A stretch of 64,000 bases of DNA. It comes from Rhodoluna sp. (GTDB lineage Bacteria; Actinomycetota; Actinomycetes; Actinomycetales; Microbacteriaceae). Of the stretch, positions 51,838 to 61,719 are shown in pieces; the stretch's first letter is position 1; each line of letters opens with the position of its first letter. The translations under genes and the position numbers were made by a program. The notes beneath the pieces were generated by a model. That model was not told the origin of the DNA. It saw nothing but the letters and a program-made list of their open reading frames with translations, and did not search any database. The stretch is taken from the NCBI GenBank assembly GCA_049276775.1, contig JBASXC010000028.1; one strand, written 5' to 3'.

Positions 51838-52718
51838 AGCGAGGGCTCAGTTCCGGTTCCCAGTTCAATAATTCGATCAAGCATCTCTTGAGAGGTTGTG
51901 TTCTCGCCTAACCGATTGGGCTTACCTTCTAGACCGTGGTAGTCACTGGAGCCGGTGACAACAAGGTTGTGCTTGCCAGCAAGTTCCAAAAGCCATTTTC
52001 TCGCGGCTTCAGGAACGTCCCGATGATAAACCTCAACACCCTGCATACCGGCAGCAATCATTTCCTCGAAGTGTGCGGTGGGCAGATCTTCGGGATCGGC
52101 TTTTTCCCCGATGCCCTTCAGCGGATGCGCGATAACCGGAACTCCCCCGGCTTGACGAATTAGACCAATGGCTTGGATTGTTGACACCGCGGAGTGTGAA
52201 ACGTAGAACGGCCCATCGGTAGAGAGGTAGTAGTCAAAGGCGGCGCTTCGGTCGGGTACTAGCCCCATGGTCACTAGGGTGTCGGCGATGGCGGGGCGAC
52301 CGATGGTCGCACCTTTATCCAAATGATCTAAAACCATCTCCCAGGTGATTGGAATCTTTTCGGCTAGCTTCTCGACAATTGCACGACCCCTTGCCTCGCG
52401 AGTTTCAACAGTGTCTCCCAAAACTACCTCGAGGGCTTTGTGTGCGGGGTCTGGCAGGTAGGCCAGCAGATGAACACTTAGACGGTAGATCTTGTCGTTT
52501 CTTTTAACCTCCGAAACGGAAGTAACTTCAATGCCTGGCACAAATCCGATGCCGTGCTTCTTGGCTTCAGTCCTTGCTTCATCCCAGCCCGAGACGGTGT
52601 CGTGATCGGTAAGTGCGATCACGGAGATATCTGCGGCTGCAGCGTTTTGAATTAGCTGGGTCGGGCTATCAAGCCCATCTGATCTGGTGGAATGAGTGTG
52701 GAGGTCGATTTTGACCAT
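51834..52718 (-). CDS. PHP-domain metal-dependent phosphoesterase (TrpH/YciV-like).
   Basis: N-terminal IDLHTHSTRSDG, LTDHDT, AHP, and C-terminal SDYHG motifs. Confidence 0.85.
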   Translation of the reverse strand: MVKIDLHTHSTRSDGLDSPTQLIQNAAAADISVIALTDHDTVSGWDEARTEAKKHGIGFVPGIEVTSVSEVKRNDKIYRLSVHLLAYLPDPAHKALEVVLGDTVETREARGRAIVEKLAEKIPITWEMVLDHLDKGATIGRPAIADTLVTMGLVPDRSAAFDYYLSTDGPFYVSHSAVSTIQAIGLIRQAGGVPVIAHPLKGIGEKADPEDLPTAHFEEMIAAGMQGVEVYHRDVPEAARKWLLELAGKHNLVVTGSSDYHGLEGKPNRLGENTTSQEMLDRIIELGTGTEPSL

Positions 52719-52793
52719 AGGAAAAACCCTTATCTGTTGTACCTAACACTACGCAACATGTAATTCAATGCTTGACAGTGACACAATAGTTCA

Positions 52794-54173
52794 ATGACAG
52801 CAAGCGATCAGGGCCAGGGAGAAACAAGATCCCGCACCCCGCACAGCCAAGAGTTTTTGGATTTCATCTCCAGTGGCTGGGCAACCAACTCTTCGCCAAA
52901 ATCTCAGCCCGATAAAGTTTCTCCCTTTGCCAAGCGAAGAAGGCTTGCGCTGGCAACTGAGTTTCCGGGCAAGGTGTTAGTTATTGAAGCGGGAGCCCCA
53001 AAAACCAGATCCAACGACACCGAGTATCGGTATCGCCCGCACGCGGCGTTTTCTCACCTGACCGGCTGGGGATCCAGAACAGTTGCCGACTCTGTTTTGG
53101 TAATTGATTCGAGGAGTCCGACAAAAGAGATCTTATTTCTGCGGCCAACAGCCGGCAAAGATTCAGATGAGTTTTTTGCTAACTCCGCAATCGGTGAATT
53201 CTGGGTTGGCAAACGCCCAACCCTGGAGGAGATATCCGAGCTGCTAGATATTGAGACTCGAAACCTCGACGAACTTGAGGGGTTTTTAGAAGGCGCAGAA
53301 ACAATTGATCTGACAGATACCCAGTTAGCCCAATTCGTCTCTGAGCTGAGGCTTGTCAAGGACTCTTACGAGATTGACCAGATGAGACAGGCCGTTTCAT
53401 CAACCATTCGAGGCTTTGAGGATATTGCCCGAGCGCTCCCTAACTCCGTTGGCATCGCCAAGGGTGAGCGAGTAATTGAGACCGCTTTTTTTGCCAGGGC
53501 AAGGCTCGAAGGAAATGATTTGGGCTACGACACCATTGCAGCAGCTGGGAGAAATGCCTGCGTGTTGCACTGGATTTCGAACGACGGCGAAGTCAAGCCG
53601 GACGAACTTGTTCTAGTTGACGCAGGCGTTGAGATGGACTCGCTATACACAGCGGATATCACTAGAACTCTGCCCGTCTCGGGGAAGTATTCAAAGACTC
53701 AGAAGGAAATCTACCTTGCAGTTCTCGAAGCTGCCGATGCCGCCTTCGGGGTTGCCAAGCCGGGAGTTAGATTCCGTGAGGTGCACGCCGCCGCTATGGA
53801 GGTTATTGCAAGAAAGTGTGCCGAGTGGGGAATCCTTCCGGTGCCTGCAGAGGAATCGCTAGATTCATCAAAACAATTTCACCGCAGGTGGATGGTGCAC
53901 GGCACCAGTCACCACCTGGGAATCGATGTTCACGACTGCGCTCAGGCCAGGAAGGAAATGTACCTAGACGCCGAGCTACAAGAGGGGATGATCTTCACCA
54001 TCGAGCCAGGACTTTACTTCCACGAGGATGATTTACTTGCCCCCAAAGAATTTAGAGGAATTGGCATTCGCATTGAAGACGATGTCCTGGTCACCAAAGA
54101 CGGAGTAGAGAATCTTTCTCGAGCCCTTCCCAGAACCCCGGATGAAATCGAAGCCTGGATGGCAAGCCTCTAA
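52794..54173 (+). CDS. pepP: Xaa-Pro aminopeptidase (M24B).
   Basis: Metal-ligand contexts VDAGVEMDSLYTADITRT, HGTSHHLGIDVHD, FTIEPGLY, and GIRIEDDV. Confidence 0.88.
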   Translation: MTASDQGQGETRSRTPHSQEFLDFISSGWATNSSPKSQPDKVSPFAKRRRLALATEFPGKVLVIEAGAPKTRSNDTEYRYRPHAAFSHLTGWGSRTVADSVLVIDSRSPTKEILFLRPTAGKDSDEFFANSAIGEFWVGKRPTLEEISELLDIETRNLDELEGFLEGAETIDLTDTQLAQFVSELRLVKDSYEIDQMRQAVSSTIRGFEDIARALPNSVGIAKGERVIETAFFARARLEGNDLGYDTIAAAGRNACVLHWISNDGEVKPDELVLVDAGVEMDSLYTADITRTLPVSGKYSKTQKEIYLAVLEAADAAFGVAKPGVRFREVHAAAMEVIARKCAEWGILPVPAEESLDSSKQFHRRWMVHGTSHHLGIDVHDCAQARKEMYLDAELQEGMIFTIEPGLYFHEDDLLAPKEFRGIGIRIEDDVLVTKDGVENLSRALPRTPDEIEAWMASL

Positions 54174-54685
54174 CTAGATTTTTTGGCGGGCTTTACGCTC
54201 TTGCTACCTGCAGCCGAGGCTGCCTCCTTCGCAAGTTTCGCCTGAGCGTTGGGAACAACAACCTCATACTTTTTGGCGAGCACTGTTTGAGCCGAAACAA
54301 ACCCCCTACGGTTTTTGGTGACGCTAAAACGAACAATGTTGATAAGCATTCCGATACCGGCACCGATAACGATTCCAGCCAGCACGTTATTGATTAGCAC
54401 CTGCTCGGTTCCGGCTCCGGTCACCCCAAAGATAAGACCGAAGAACATTCCAAGCCACGAGCCTGTCAATGCGCCTGACATCGAGACCCGACCGTAACCC
54501 AGCTTGCCCTTTATCGTCTCGACTGTTTTTAGGTCGGTCCCGATAATTGACACGAACTTAGCCGGAAAGTCATTTTCAATCAGTTTCTCAACGTAGGAAA
54601 CTGCCTGCTGGTAGTCAGTAAAGCTGGCAAGCGAGGCTGCGTCTTGGGCCAAGGAATCGTTTTGCTTTGGGCTCATGTTCTCCAT
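54170..54685 (-). CDS. Membrane protein with a soluble N-terminal domain and a glycine-zipper TM pair (general-stress-protein-like).
   Basis: FTDYQQAVSYVEKLIENDFPAKFVSIIG followed by G-rich TM segments. Family assignment is tentative. Confidence 0.45.
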   Translation of the reverse strand: MENMSPKQNDSLAQDAASLASFTDYQQAVSYVEKLIENDFPAKFVSIIGTDLKTVETIKGKLGYGRVSMSGALTGSWLGMFFGLIFGVTGAGTEQVLINNVLAGIVIGAGIGMLINIVRFSVTKNRRGFVSAQTVLAKKYEVVVPNAQAKLAKEAASAAGSKSVKPAKKSS

Positions 54686-54720
54686 TCTCGCACGAAAGTT
54701 GAAACCCTTAGAGTTGAAGG

Positions 54721-55830
54721 GTGAAAGAGTCCATATTCGAAGCCCTTTCGAAGGTCATAGACCCAGAACTTCGCATTCCACTCACAGACCTTGACATGGT
54801 CGGGGAAATTTCGGTGAGCCCTGAAGGTGTTGCCGAGGTTGAGATTAAGCTCACCATCACCGGTTGCCCGGCCTCTCGAAGAATCGAGAGTGAATCAAAA
54901 CAGGCAGTTGAGAAAGTTGAAGGTATCAAATCCGCCAACATAACCCTCTCGGTTATGACGCCGGACGAGCGAGATGCCCTAAAAATCAAACTTCGTGGCG
55001 GCAAACCAATGAAGCACAATCCTTTCGACAGGGAAACCCTGACCAACATCTTCCTCATCGGCTCCGGCAAGGGCGGAGTTGGTAAATCCACCCTGACCGC
55101 CAACCTTGCCGTTGCACTTGCGGCAACGGGTAAAAGGGTCGGGCTCATCGATGCCGACATCTACGGCTTTTCTATTCCGGGCCAGCTAGGCATAACCGAG
55201 AAACCAACCAGGGTTGATGAACTGATTCTTCCCCCCGTGGCATTTGGTGTGAAGGTAATCTCGATTGGCATGTTCATCGAGGGAAATACTCCAGTTGCTT
55301 GGCGAGGCCCCATGCTTCACCGCGCCATCGAGCAGTTTCTATCCGACGTCTTTTGGGGTGATCTGGACATTCTTTTGGTTGACTTGCCCCCCGGCACGGG
55401 AGACATAGCAATCACCTTGGGTCAGCTGCTTCCAACCGCCAAAACAATCGTTGTCACAACCCCTCAGATCTCAGCCAGCGAGGTTGCCGAGCGAAGCGGA
55501 GCGGTTGGCCTTCAAACCGGTCAGGGCATATTTGGAGTGATTGAAAACATGAGCTATCTCCAGCAGGGAAATCAAAGAGTTGAGCTTTTTGGTTCCGGTG
55601 GTGGCGAGCTAGTTGCAAAATCTCTCTCTAAGCTATCCAAGACGGAAGTTCCACTGCTTGGTCAGATACCTATTTCTATTCCTCTGCGAGAAGGCTCCGA
55701 TACCGGTAATCCCCTGCTCGGCCATGAATCTAGCGATCTAGCTGCGGCGGCAATCGAGGAGATTGCCCAAAAAATTGCCGGTGTTGGTCGAGACCTAGCG
55801 GGGCGAAGACTACCCCTTAGTACCAGGTAA
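54721..55830 (+). CDS. apbC: Mrp/NBP35 (ApbC) iron-sulfur cluster carrier ATPase with an N-terminal DUF59 domain.
   Basis: DPELRIPLTDLDMV (DUF59) and deviant Walker A GSGKGGVGKST. GTG start. Confidence 0.88.
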   Translation: MKESIFEALSKVIDPELRIPLTDLDMVGEISVSPEGVAEVEIKLTITGCPASRRIESESKQAVEKVEGIKSANITLSVMTPDERDALKIKLRGGKPMKHNPFDRETLTNIFLIGSGKGGVGKSTLTANLAVALAATGKRVGLIDADIYGFSIPGQLGITEKPTRVDELILPPVAFGVKVISIGMFIEGNTPVAWRGPMLHRAIEQFLSDVFWGDLDILLVDLPPGTGDIAITLGQLLPTAKTIVVTTPQISASEVAERSGAVGLQTGQGIFGVIENMSYLQQGNQRVELFGSGGGELVAKSLSKLSKTEVPLLGQIPISIPLREGSDTGNPLLGHESSDLAAAAIEEIAQKIAGVGRDLAGRRLPLSTR

Positions 55831-55854
55831 GTATTTGCTTCGTAGAATTGGCAC

Positions 55855-57369
55855 ATGAGCGAAACAAGCATCGATACCCTTCTGGCCCACCTACCTCCAT
55901 CCCCCGAGGCGGTCACGATTGTGAACCCCTCAACGGGTAAAAAAATCTACGACTTACCCCAGCTAAGCGTTGGCCAAATTGCCAAGGCGGTAGCAGACGC
56001 GAGGCTTGCAGCACCGACTTGGGCAAATGTTCCCGTAAAGGAACGGGCCAAGACCCTTTCTAGGCTTCATGACCTGCTGCTTCAAAACCAGAACAACCTG
56101 ATGGATTTACTCCAGCTAGAAACCGGTAAATCCAGAGCTCATGCCTTCGAAGAAATCGCAGGATCGCTTGGCTCGGCAAGGTACTTTGCCAAGATGGCTC
56201 CCAAGACTCTAAAGACCCAGAGAACTGTCGCGGGTGTTCCACTCCTGACCCAGTCCTACGTGATGTACTCACCGGTGGGTGTAGTTGGTGTAATCACACC
56301 CTGGAATTACCCACTTGCCCTTCAGATGCTCGATGTGCTTCCAGCACTGGCCGCAGGAAATGCAGTGATCCAAAAAGCCGATAACCAAACCGCTCTGGTT
56401 TCTCTATACGCAAGATCGCTAGCGGTTCAAGCCGGCATTCCAGAATCCGCTTGGACCATTGTGGTTGGCGATGGCGCAACCGTTGGCAACGCCATCACCG
56501 ACTCTGTTGACTTTGTTGCCTTCACCGGTTCAACCGCAACCGGAAGATTGGTAGCCGAGAGAGCTGCCAAGAGACTCATTGGTTATTCACTAGAACTCGG
56601 TGGCAAGAATCCCCTAATTGTTTTGCCCGGGGCAAAACTTGGCGATGCCGCTGAAAAAGCCATCGCCGGAGCTTTTGGAAACTCAGGGCAACTTTGTGTT
56701 TCGATCGAGCGCGTCTACGTTCCAAATAACCTCAAGAAGGAATTTGAGCGCGAGCTAGCGGAGCGCGTGACGTCGATGACGGTTGGCAAGAGCAACGACT
56801 TCGCGATGGATATGGGAACCCTAACCGGAATCAACCAGCTAACTAGAGTTCAAGATTTCGTCTCTGACGCAGTTGGTAAGGGAGCCAAGGTCTTGGCAGG
56901 TGCGAAAGCACTTCCCGAGCTCGGTCCATACTTTTACGCGCCCACAGTTTTGACCAACATAAAAGAAGACATGCGGCTAGCCCGCGAGGAGGTCTTCGGA
57001 CCTCTGATTGCGGTGGTTGGCTACGACACTATCGATGAAGCCGTTGTATTGGCTAACGACACCGAGTACGGACTAAACGCTTCGGTGGTTGGCCCAACCA
57101 AGTTGGCCAAGCAGGTGGCTTCAAAAATCATGGCTGGATCGGTGAATGTGAACGAGGGCTACCGCGCCTCGATGGCTTCCCTTGATTCGCCGATGGGAGG
57201 CATGAAGCAGTCCGGTGTTGGAAGAAGAAACGGCCAGTATGGACTGCTTCGCTTCACCGAGGCAAGAACCGTTGGAGTTTCAACCGGATTACTGAAGTTC
57301 CCGTCGCGTGCAAGGCAATACAACAAGATGGCACCGATGATGAATCTGCTTGCCAAACTGATGAAGTAA
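55855..57369 (+). CDS. NAD(P)-dependent aldehyde dehydrogenase, succinate-semialdehyde dehydrogenase-like.
   Basis: ITPWNYPL, ELGGKNP, and GQLCVSIER motifs. Confidence 0.85.
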   Translation: MSETSIDTLLAHLPPSPEAVTIVNPSTGKKIYDLPQLSVGQIAKAVADARLAAPTWANVPVKERAKTLSRLHDLLLQNQNNLMDLLQLETGKSRAHAFEEIAGSLGSARYFAKMAPKTLKTQRTVAGVPLLTQSYVMYSPVGVVGVITPWNYPLALQMLDVLPALAAGNAVIQKADNQTALVSLYARSLAVQAGIPESAWTIVVGDGATVGNAITDSVDFVAFTGSTATGRLVAERAAKRLIGYSLELGGKNPLIVLPGAKLGDAAEKAIAGAFGNSGQLCVSIERVYVPNNLKKEFERELAERVTSMTVGKSNDFAMDMGTLTGINQLTRVQDFVSDAVGKGAKVLAGAKALPELGPYFYAPTVLTNIKEDMRLAREEVFGPLIAVVGYDTIDEAVVLANDTEYGLNASVVGPTKLAKQVASKIMAGSVNVNEGYRASMASLDSPMGGMKQSGVGRRNGQYGLLRFTEARTVGVSTGLLKFPSRARQYNKMAPMMNLLAKLMK

Positions 57370-57385
57370 GAGGGAAGGCTTTAGC

Positions 57386-57730
57386 TTAGGTTCCTTCCGA
57401 ATCAAAAGGGGCAACCTCACCTTTTTGGAGTTTGGGCTGCGTTTGTTGAACCGGGCGATTTAGAGAAGCAACCGGATTGACCGGTTCACCCTCTGCTAAC
57501 GCCTCGCGGATGATTCTTCTGGGGTCATATTGACGAGGGTCGAGCTGTTTCCAGTCCACGCTTTCTCCAAGTTCGTTCTGGAGCTGCCCTTTGGCTCCTT
57601 CGGCCATGCGCTTTAGAGACTTCACAAGCCTTGCCAGCTGCTTGGCGTAGTGTGGGAGCTTGTCCGGGCCCAGCACAAAAATCGCTATCAACCCGAGGAT
57701 TAATAGCTTTTCGCCAGAGAGCCCAAACAC
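57386..57730 (-). CDS. tatB: Sec-independent translocase subunit TatB (TatA/B family).
   Basis: MFGLSGEKLLILGLIAIFVLGPDKLP, an amphipathic helix, and synteny with mrp. Confidence 0.8.
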   Translation of the reverse strand: MFGLSGEKLLILGLIAIFVLGPDKLPHYAKQLARLVKSLKRMAEGAKGQLQNELGESVDWKQLDPRQYDPRRIIREALAEGEPVNPVASLNRPVQQTQPKLQKGEVAPFDSEGT

Positions 57731-57808
57731 CCTTTCAGGTTACCTCTTTAGCTGCGGGGTATTTTGCCCACTGGACAATAGGCTTTTATGACTAGGAGAG
57801 ACACATAA

Positions 57809-58450
57809 ATGGTTGACAAGATTTCAAGCTGGAAGTTCACGGAAGACTTTGCCACGGAGAGCCCAGCGATTATTGAGGCAAGGGCCAGAGCCGAGGAGCT
57901 CGGGATTGAGTGCATCACGGCTTCGGCCGGAGCGCACCTTGCCCTGCTGGCTTCAGCTCTCGGTGCCAAGGCCATCGTCGAGGCTGGCACCGGTGCCGGC
58001 GTCTCGGCTCTTTGGATGCTAAGTGCATCGGAGGACTCGGTCCTTGCAACCATAGACTCCCAGCCTGAATTTCAGGTGGCTGCCAGGCTTGCATTTAAGG
58101 AGGCCAAAATAGCCCCGACCAGAACTCGGGTTATTTCAGGTAAGGCGGTTGAGGTTATGTCGAACATGGCCGATGCGGCCTACGACCTGGTTTTGCTGGA
58201 TGCCGACCGGAACGATCTGGAGGAGCAGCTAAGCCAAGCTTCAAGGCTGCTTAGACCCGGTGGAGTTTTGGTGATTGCTCACGCACTCTGGAGAGATCGG
58301 GTCCCGGACCCCGCGATGCGAGATGACGCGACGGTGATTTACCGAGATGTTTTGAGATTTTTCTCTGGGCAGCAAGATTTTGTATCTGCCCTATCTCCGG
58401 TTGGAGACGGCTTGCTGATGGCGAGCAAGAAAATTACTTCTTCTTTTTAA
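57809..58450 (+). CDS. Class-I SAM-dependent O-methyltransferase (caffeoyl-CoA OMT-like).
   Basis: SAM motif VEAGTGAGVSALWM and acidic motif LVLLDADR. AGGAGAG SD upstream. Confidence 0.8.
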   Translation: MVDKISSWKFTEDFATESPAIIEARARAEELGIECITASAGAHLALLASALGAKAIVEAGTGAGVSALWMLSASEDSVLATIDSQPEFQVAARLAFKEAKIAPTRTRVISGKAVEVMSNMADAAYDLVLLDADRNDLEEQLSQASRLLRPGGVLVIAHALWRDRVPDPAMRDDATVIYRDVLRFFSGQQDFVSALSPVGDGLLMASKKITSSF

Positions 58451-58613
58451 CTACGCCCTCTAGGACTTGATGCAGATTCTTAGCTTCGTCCTCGTTTACT
58501 GAGACAACCAAACGGCCGCCGCCTTCAAGGGGAACGCGAAGAATGATTAATCCACGTGGTTCTCGTTCTGCTTCCATGGGGCCATCACCGGTGCGTGGCT
58601 TCATTGCTGCCAT
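58434..58613 (-). CDS. DUF3117 domain protein (59 aa).
   Basis: Below the ORF-track cutoff. Manual translation gives MAAMKPRTGDGPMEAEREPRGLIILRVPLEGGGRLVVSVNEDEAKNLHQVLEGVVKKKK, matching the highly conserved actinobacterial MAAMKPRTGDGP...VPLEGGGRLVV signature. Confidence 0.85.
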   Translation of the reverse strand: MAAMKPRTGDGPMEAEREPRGLIILRVPLEGGGRLVVSVNEDEAKNLHQVLEGVVKKKK

Positions 58614-58657
58614 AACTAGACTCCTTGATTATTTAAGCTTTTCTGGTCTCAAGTTTA

Positions 58658-59743
58658 TCAAAGATTTGGAGCAAGAAATTTTCGTAATCCCGCTTCACAG
58701 GCGTATATCTGGCTAGCTGGCACGTTTTCGTCGTCAGCATGCGCTTTATTTGGGTCTCCTGGACCGTAGTTAACTGCAGGAATGCCCATTTCACTGAATC
58801 TTGCAACATCTGTCCATCCATATTTTGGGTTGACTGGAGCTTGCACAGCATCAACAAAAGCCTTAGCTTCCGGTGAATTCATACCCGGTCTTGCTCCTGA
58901 CGCACTATCAACGACTTTGAAATCAAAATCAGCAAACATTTTCTTCAAGTATCCCGTTGCATCTTCAACACTTCTTGAAGGTGCGAAACGATAATTCAGT
59001 GTCAGAGTGGCTTGATCCGGAATAACGTTTGTTGCAACACCTCCCTGGACCATGACCGCGTTCAGACTTTCCCTGAAAATAAGGCCATCTACCTCAATTT
59101 CCTCGGGCATGTAGGCATTTAGGATCTGAAGTGCTCCGCCGAGCTTGTGAATAGCGTTCGAGCCCATCCAGGGTCTGGCGGAGTGAGCCTTAATTCCTGT
59201 AAGGCTTAGCTCGATTCTCATGGTGCCATTGCAGCCACCCTCTATGGTGGCTGCGGTTGGCTCACACAAAATAGCGAAGTTGCCCTTGATTAGCTCAGGG
59301 TGATTTCGAACCAGTCGACCGAGCCCGTTTTTGGTGGCCTCTATCTCCTCCTGGTCGTAAAACACCCAAACCACGTCCATGGCCGGTTCTTTGATTTCGT
59401 CGGCCAGCTTCAACATCACTGCCAAACCGGCTTTCATATCCACAGTGCCACGACCCCAGATCACCTGCTCGCGTTCAAAGGACATCAGCTTGGAGGGAAG
59501 ATTTTCTGCCACCGGCACGGTGTCGATGTGACCCGCAATAACAACCTGCTGAGGCAAACCCAGGTTTGTTTTAGCCACGATGGCGTTGCCATCGCGGGTA
59601 ATTGAAAGGTGTGGGCTAGAAGCCAGAGCTTGCTCGATGGCGTCGGCGATTTGGGCTTCATTGCCCGATACGGACTCGATGTCAACTAGCTCGCGGGTTA
59701 GCTCAGCTACGTCCCCCGACAGATTTAGTTTCATACTCGCCAC
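58658..59743 (-). CDS. dapE: Succinyl-diaminopimelate desuccinylase (M20).
   Basis: LVDIESVSGNE, AGHIDTVP, YDQEE, and CEPT motifs. It is divergent from dapD. The start could also be ATG 59734. Confidence 0.88.
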   Translation of the reverse strand: MASMKLNLSGDVAELTRELVDIESVSGNEAQIADAIEQALASSPHLSITRDGNAIVAKTNLGLPQQVVIAGHIDTVPVAENLPSKLMSFEREQVIWGRGTVDMKAGLAVMLKLADEIKEPAMDVVWVFYDQEEIEATKNGLGRLVRNHPELIKGNFAILCEPTAATIEGGCNGTMRIELSLTGIKAHSARPWMGSNAIHKLGGALQILNAYMPEEIEVDGLIFRESLNAVMVQGGVATNVIPDQATLTLNYRFAPSRSVEDATGYLKKMFADFDFKVVDSASGARPGMNSPEAKAFVDAVQAPVNPKYGWTDVARFSEMGIPAVNYGPGDPNKAHADDENVPASQIYACEAGLRKFLAPNL

Positions 59744-59774
59744 AGTTCAAGAGCCTAGCTTGTAATCTTGAGGG

Positions 59775-60716
59775 ATGACTGAGATTTCATCCGCCTGGGG
59801 ACACGGACTTGCCACCTACGACCAGAGAGGCAACGTTCTAGACGTTTGGTTCAGAGATCCAAAGCTAGGACCGGCCCCCGTGACCGACGAGCTGTGGGTA
59901 GTTCCGAAAGAGCTGGATGCACTAGTTGGTGAAGACCCGAGAAGGCTTGTCACAACCGGAGTGGTTAGAACCGAGTCAGACCTTACTCAGCCGGTATCTT
60001 CAGTGGAAGATGCTTACCTAAGACTTCACCTACTGTCACACCTTTTAGTCAAGCCGAATTCAATTAACCTAGAGGGCCTAATCCCGGCTTTGCCAATTGT
60101 TGCCTTTAGCTCAATTGGCTCAATTGCCCTCGAAGATCTAGATCAACTAAGGCCACTACTAACCAGAGCAGGGGTTTCAATCCACTCGGTGGATAAGTTC
60201 CCAAGATTGCTTGACTACGTCACTCCCAAAAAGGTGCGCATCGCCGATGCCTCGAGAGTAAGGTTGGGCGCTCACCTGTCTCCTGGAACCACAGTGATGC
60301 ACGAGGGTTTTGTGAACTTCAATGCCGGAACACTTGGAGCCTCCATGGTCGAGGGAAGAATTTCGCAAGGAGTTATCGTCGACGATGGCGCAGACATCGG
60401 AGGCGGAGCCTCCATCATGGGAACCCTCTCCGGCGGCGGTAAAGAAAAAGTCTTTATTGGAAAGCGTGCGCTGCTTGGCGCAAATTCCGGCATTGGAATC
60501 TCAATCGGCGACGACACCGTGGTTGAGGCTGGCCTTTATGTGACCGCCGGAACCAAACTCACCCTCATTACTGACGAAGGCGAAAAAAATCTCAAGGCTC
60601 TAGAGCTTTCAGGGGTTGCCAACTTATTGTTTAGAAGAAACTCAATGACCGGAAGAGTTGAGGCGCTCTCTCGTTCCGGTGCCGGTGTGGTGCTAAATTC
60701 CGACCTGCACCGCTAA
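59775..60716 (+). CDS. dapD: 2,3,4,5-tetrahydropyridine-2,6-dicarboxylate N-succinyltransferase.
   Basis: Actinobacterial-type long DapD with C-terminal hexapeptide repeats (GGGASIMGTLSGGGKEKVFIGKRALLGANSGIGISIGDD). Confidence 0.85.
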   Translation: MTEISSAWGHGLATYDQRGNVLDVWFRDPKLGPAPVTDELWVVPKELDALVGEDPRRLVTTGVVRTESDLTQPVSSVEDAYLRLHLLSHLLVKPNSINLEGLIPALPIVAFSSIGSIALEDLDQLRPLLTRAGVSIHSVDKFPRLLDYVTPKKVRIADASRVRLGAHLSPGTTVMHEGFVNFNAGTLGASMVEGRISQGVIVDDGADIGGGASIMGTLSGGGKEKVFIGKRALLGANSGIGISIGDDTVVEAGLYVTAGTKLTLITDEGEKNLKALELSGVANLLFRRNSMTGRVEALSRSGAGVVLNSDLHR

Positions 60717-60723
60717 GAAACCT

Positions 60724-61698
60724 CTAGCTTCCTAGAACAGAATCCCAACCGGACAAATCAGCCGGTTGACCATCCAGCAAAACCGCTGGCTGACCTGACT
60801 CTAAAACTTTTCCTATCACCTTGAAAGATCTTGGGATTTCCGCCGAGGCTGGAAATGTTGCAAGCAGCGAGTGATCCTCACCGCCAGATAGAACCCACTG
60901 CCTCGGACTAACATCCAGCGACTGAGCGGGAAGTTCTAGCATTGCTTCAAAACCGAGTAAGTCCTTGCCATTTATCTCGATAGCAACAGCCGATGAAACA
61001 GCAATCCTAAAAAGGTCTTTTCCCAAACCGTCAGAGACATCCAGCATGCTGGTAGCTCCGGCTTGGTTGGCAACTAGTCCCTGACTAATCGGAGGCTCGG
61101 GCCGAAGCTGAGCATTTACCCATTCATCGTAGGAGCGAATCAGATCCTCTTTGCCAAATTGCAGCAGGGCAAGTCCGCAGGCGGCTTTTCCAAGCGGCCC
61201 ACATACCGCAACCAGGTCACCGGCTTTTGCACCGGAGCGAAGCACCGGTTGCATTCCCTCGAGACTTCCGTGTACGGTGACCGAGACCACCAGTTGCTCG
61301 CCGGAAGCTAGATCTCCCCCGACAACGGCCGCTCCTGGTGACAAAGCATCGCAGGCGGCTTGAAGGCCGTCGGCAAAGTCCTCCAACCAAGAAATCTTGG
61401 TGGTTTTTGGAACCACCAGCGCAACCACCAAAACCGTTGGCTTTGCACCCATGGCAGCTATGTCAGCCAAATTAGACGCGACCGATTTGAAACCCAAATC
61501 AAAACCGGTCGACCACTCGAGTTTGAAATCATGATTTTCAACCAGGGTGTCGGTGGAAACCAGGAAAGAGTCCGTGGCGCTAACCACCGCAGCGTCATCG
61601 CCCGATCCAACCAGTGCTGCCTCTGCAGACTTTAGCCTTGCGACGGTTCGCTTCAGGCTCTCTATTTCGCCAAGCTCTGCCAGGGTCTTATCATCCAC
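60724..61698 (-). CDS. thiL: Thiamine-monophosphate kinase.
   Basis: GDDAAVV, DTLVENHDF, ASNLADIAAMGA, and LDVSDGL motifs. Confidence 0.88.
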   Translation of the reverse strand: MDDKTLAELGEIESLKRTVARLKSAEAALVGSGDDAAVVSATDSFLVSTDTLVENHDFKLEWSTGFDLGFKSVASNLADIAAMGAKPTVLVVALVVPKTTKISWLEDFADGLQAACDALSPGAAVVGGDLASGEQLVVSVTVHGSLEGMQPVLRSGAKAGDLVAVCGPLGKAACGLALLQFGKEDLIRSYDEWVNAQLRPEPPISQGLVANQAGATSMLDVSDGLGKDLFRIAVSSAVAIEINGKDLLGFEAMLELPAQSLDVSPRQWVLSGGEDHSLLATFPASAEIPRSFKVIGKVLESGQPAVLLDGQPADLSGWDSVLGS

Positions 61699-61719
61699 AA
61701 ATCAAAGGTAGCCTTATTT

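Noticed and set aside
57748-58053. A 101-aa minus-strand ORF across the tatB/OMT intergenic region.
   Set aside because: It is antisense to the O-methyltransferase 5' region. Its A/S/P-rich translation has no SD or family resemblance.
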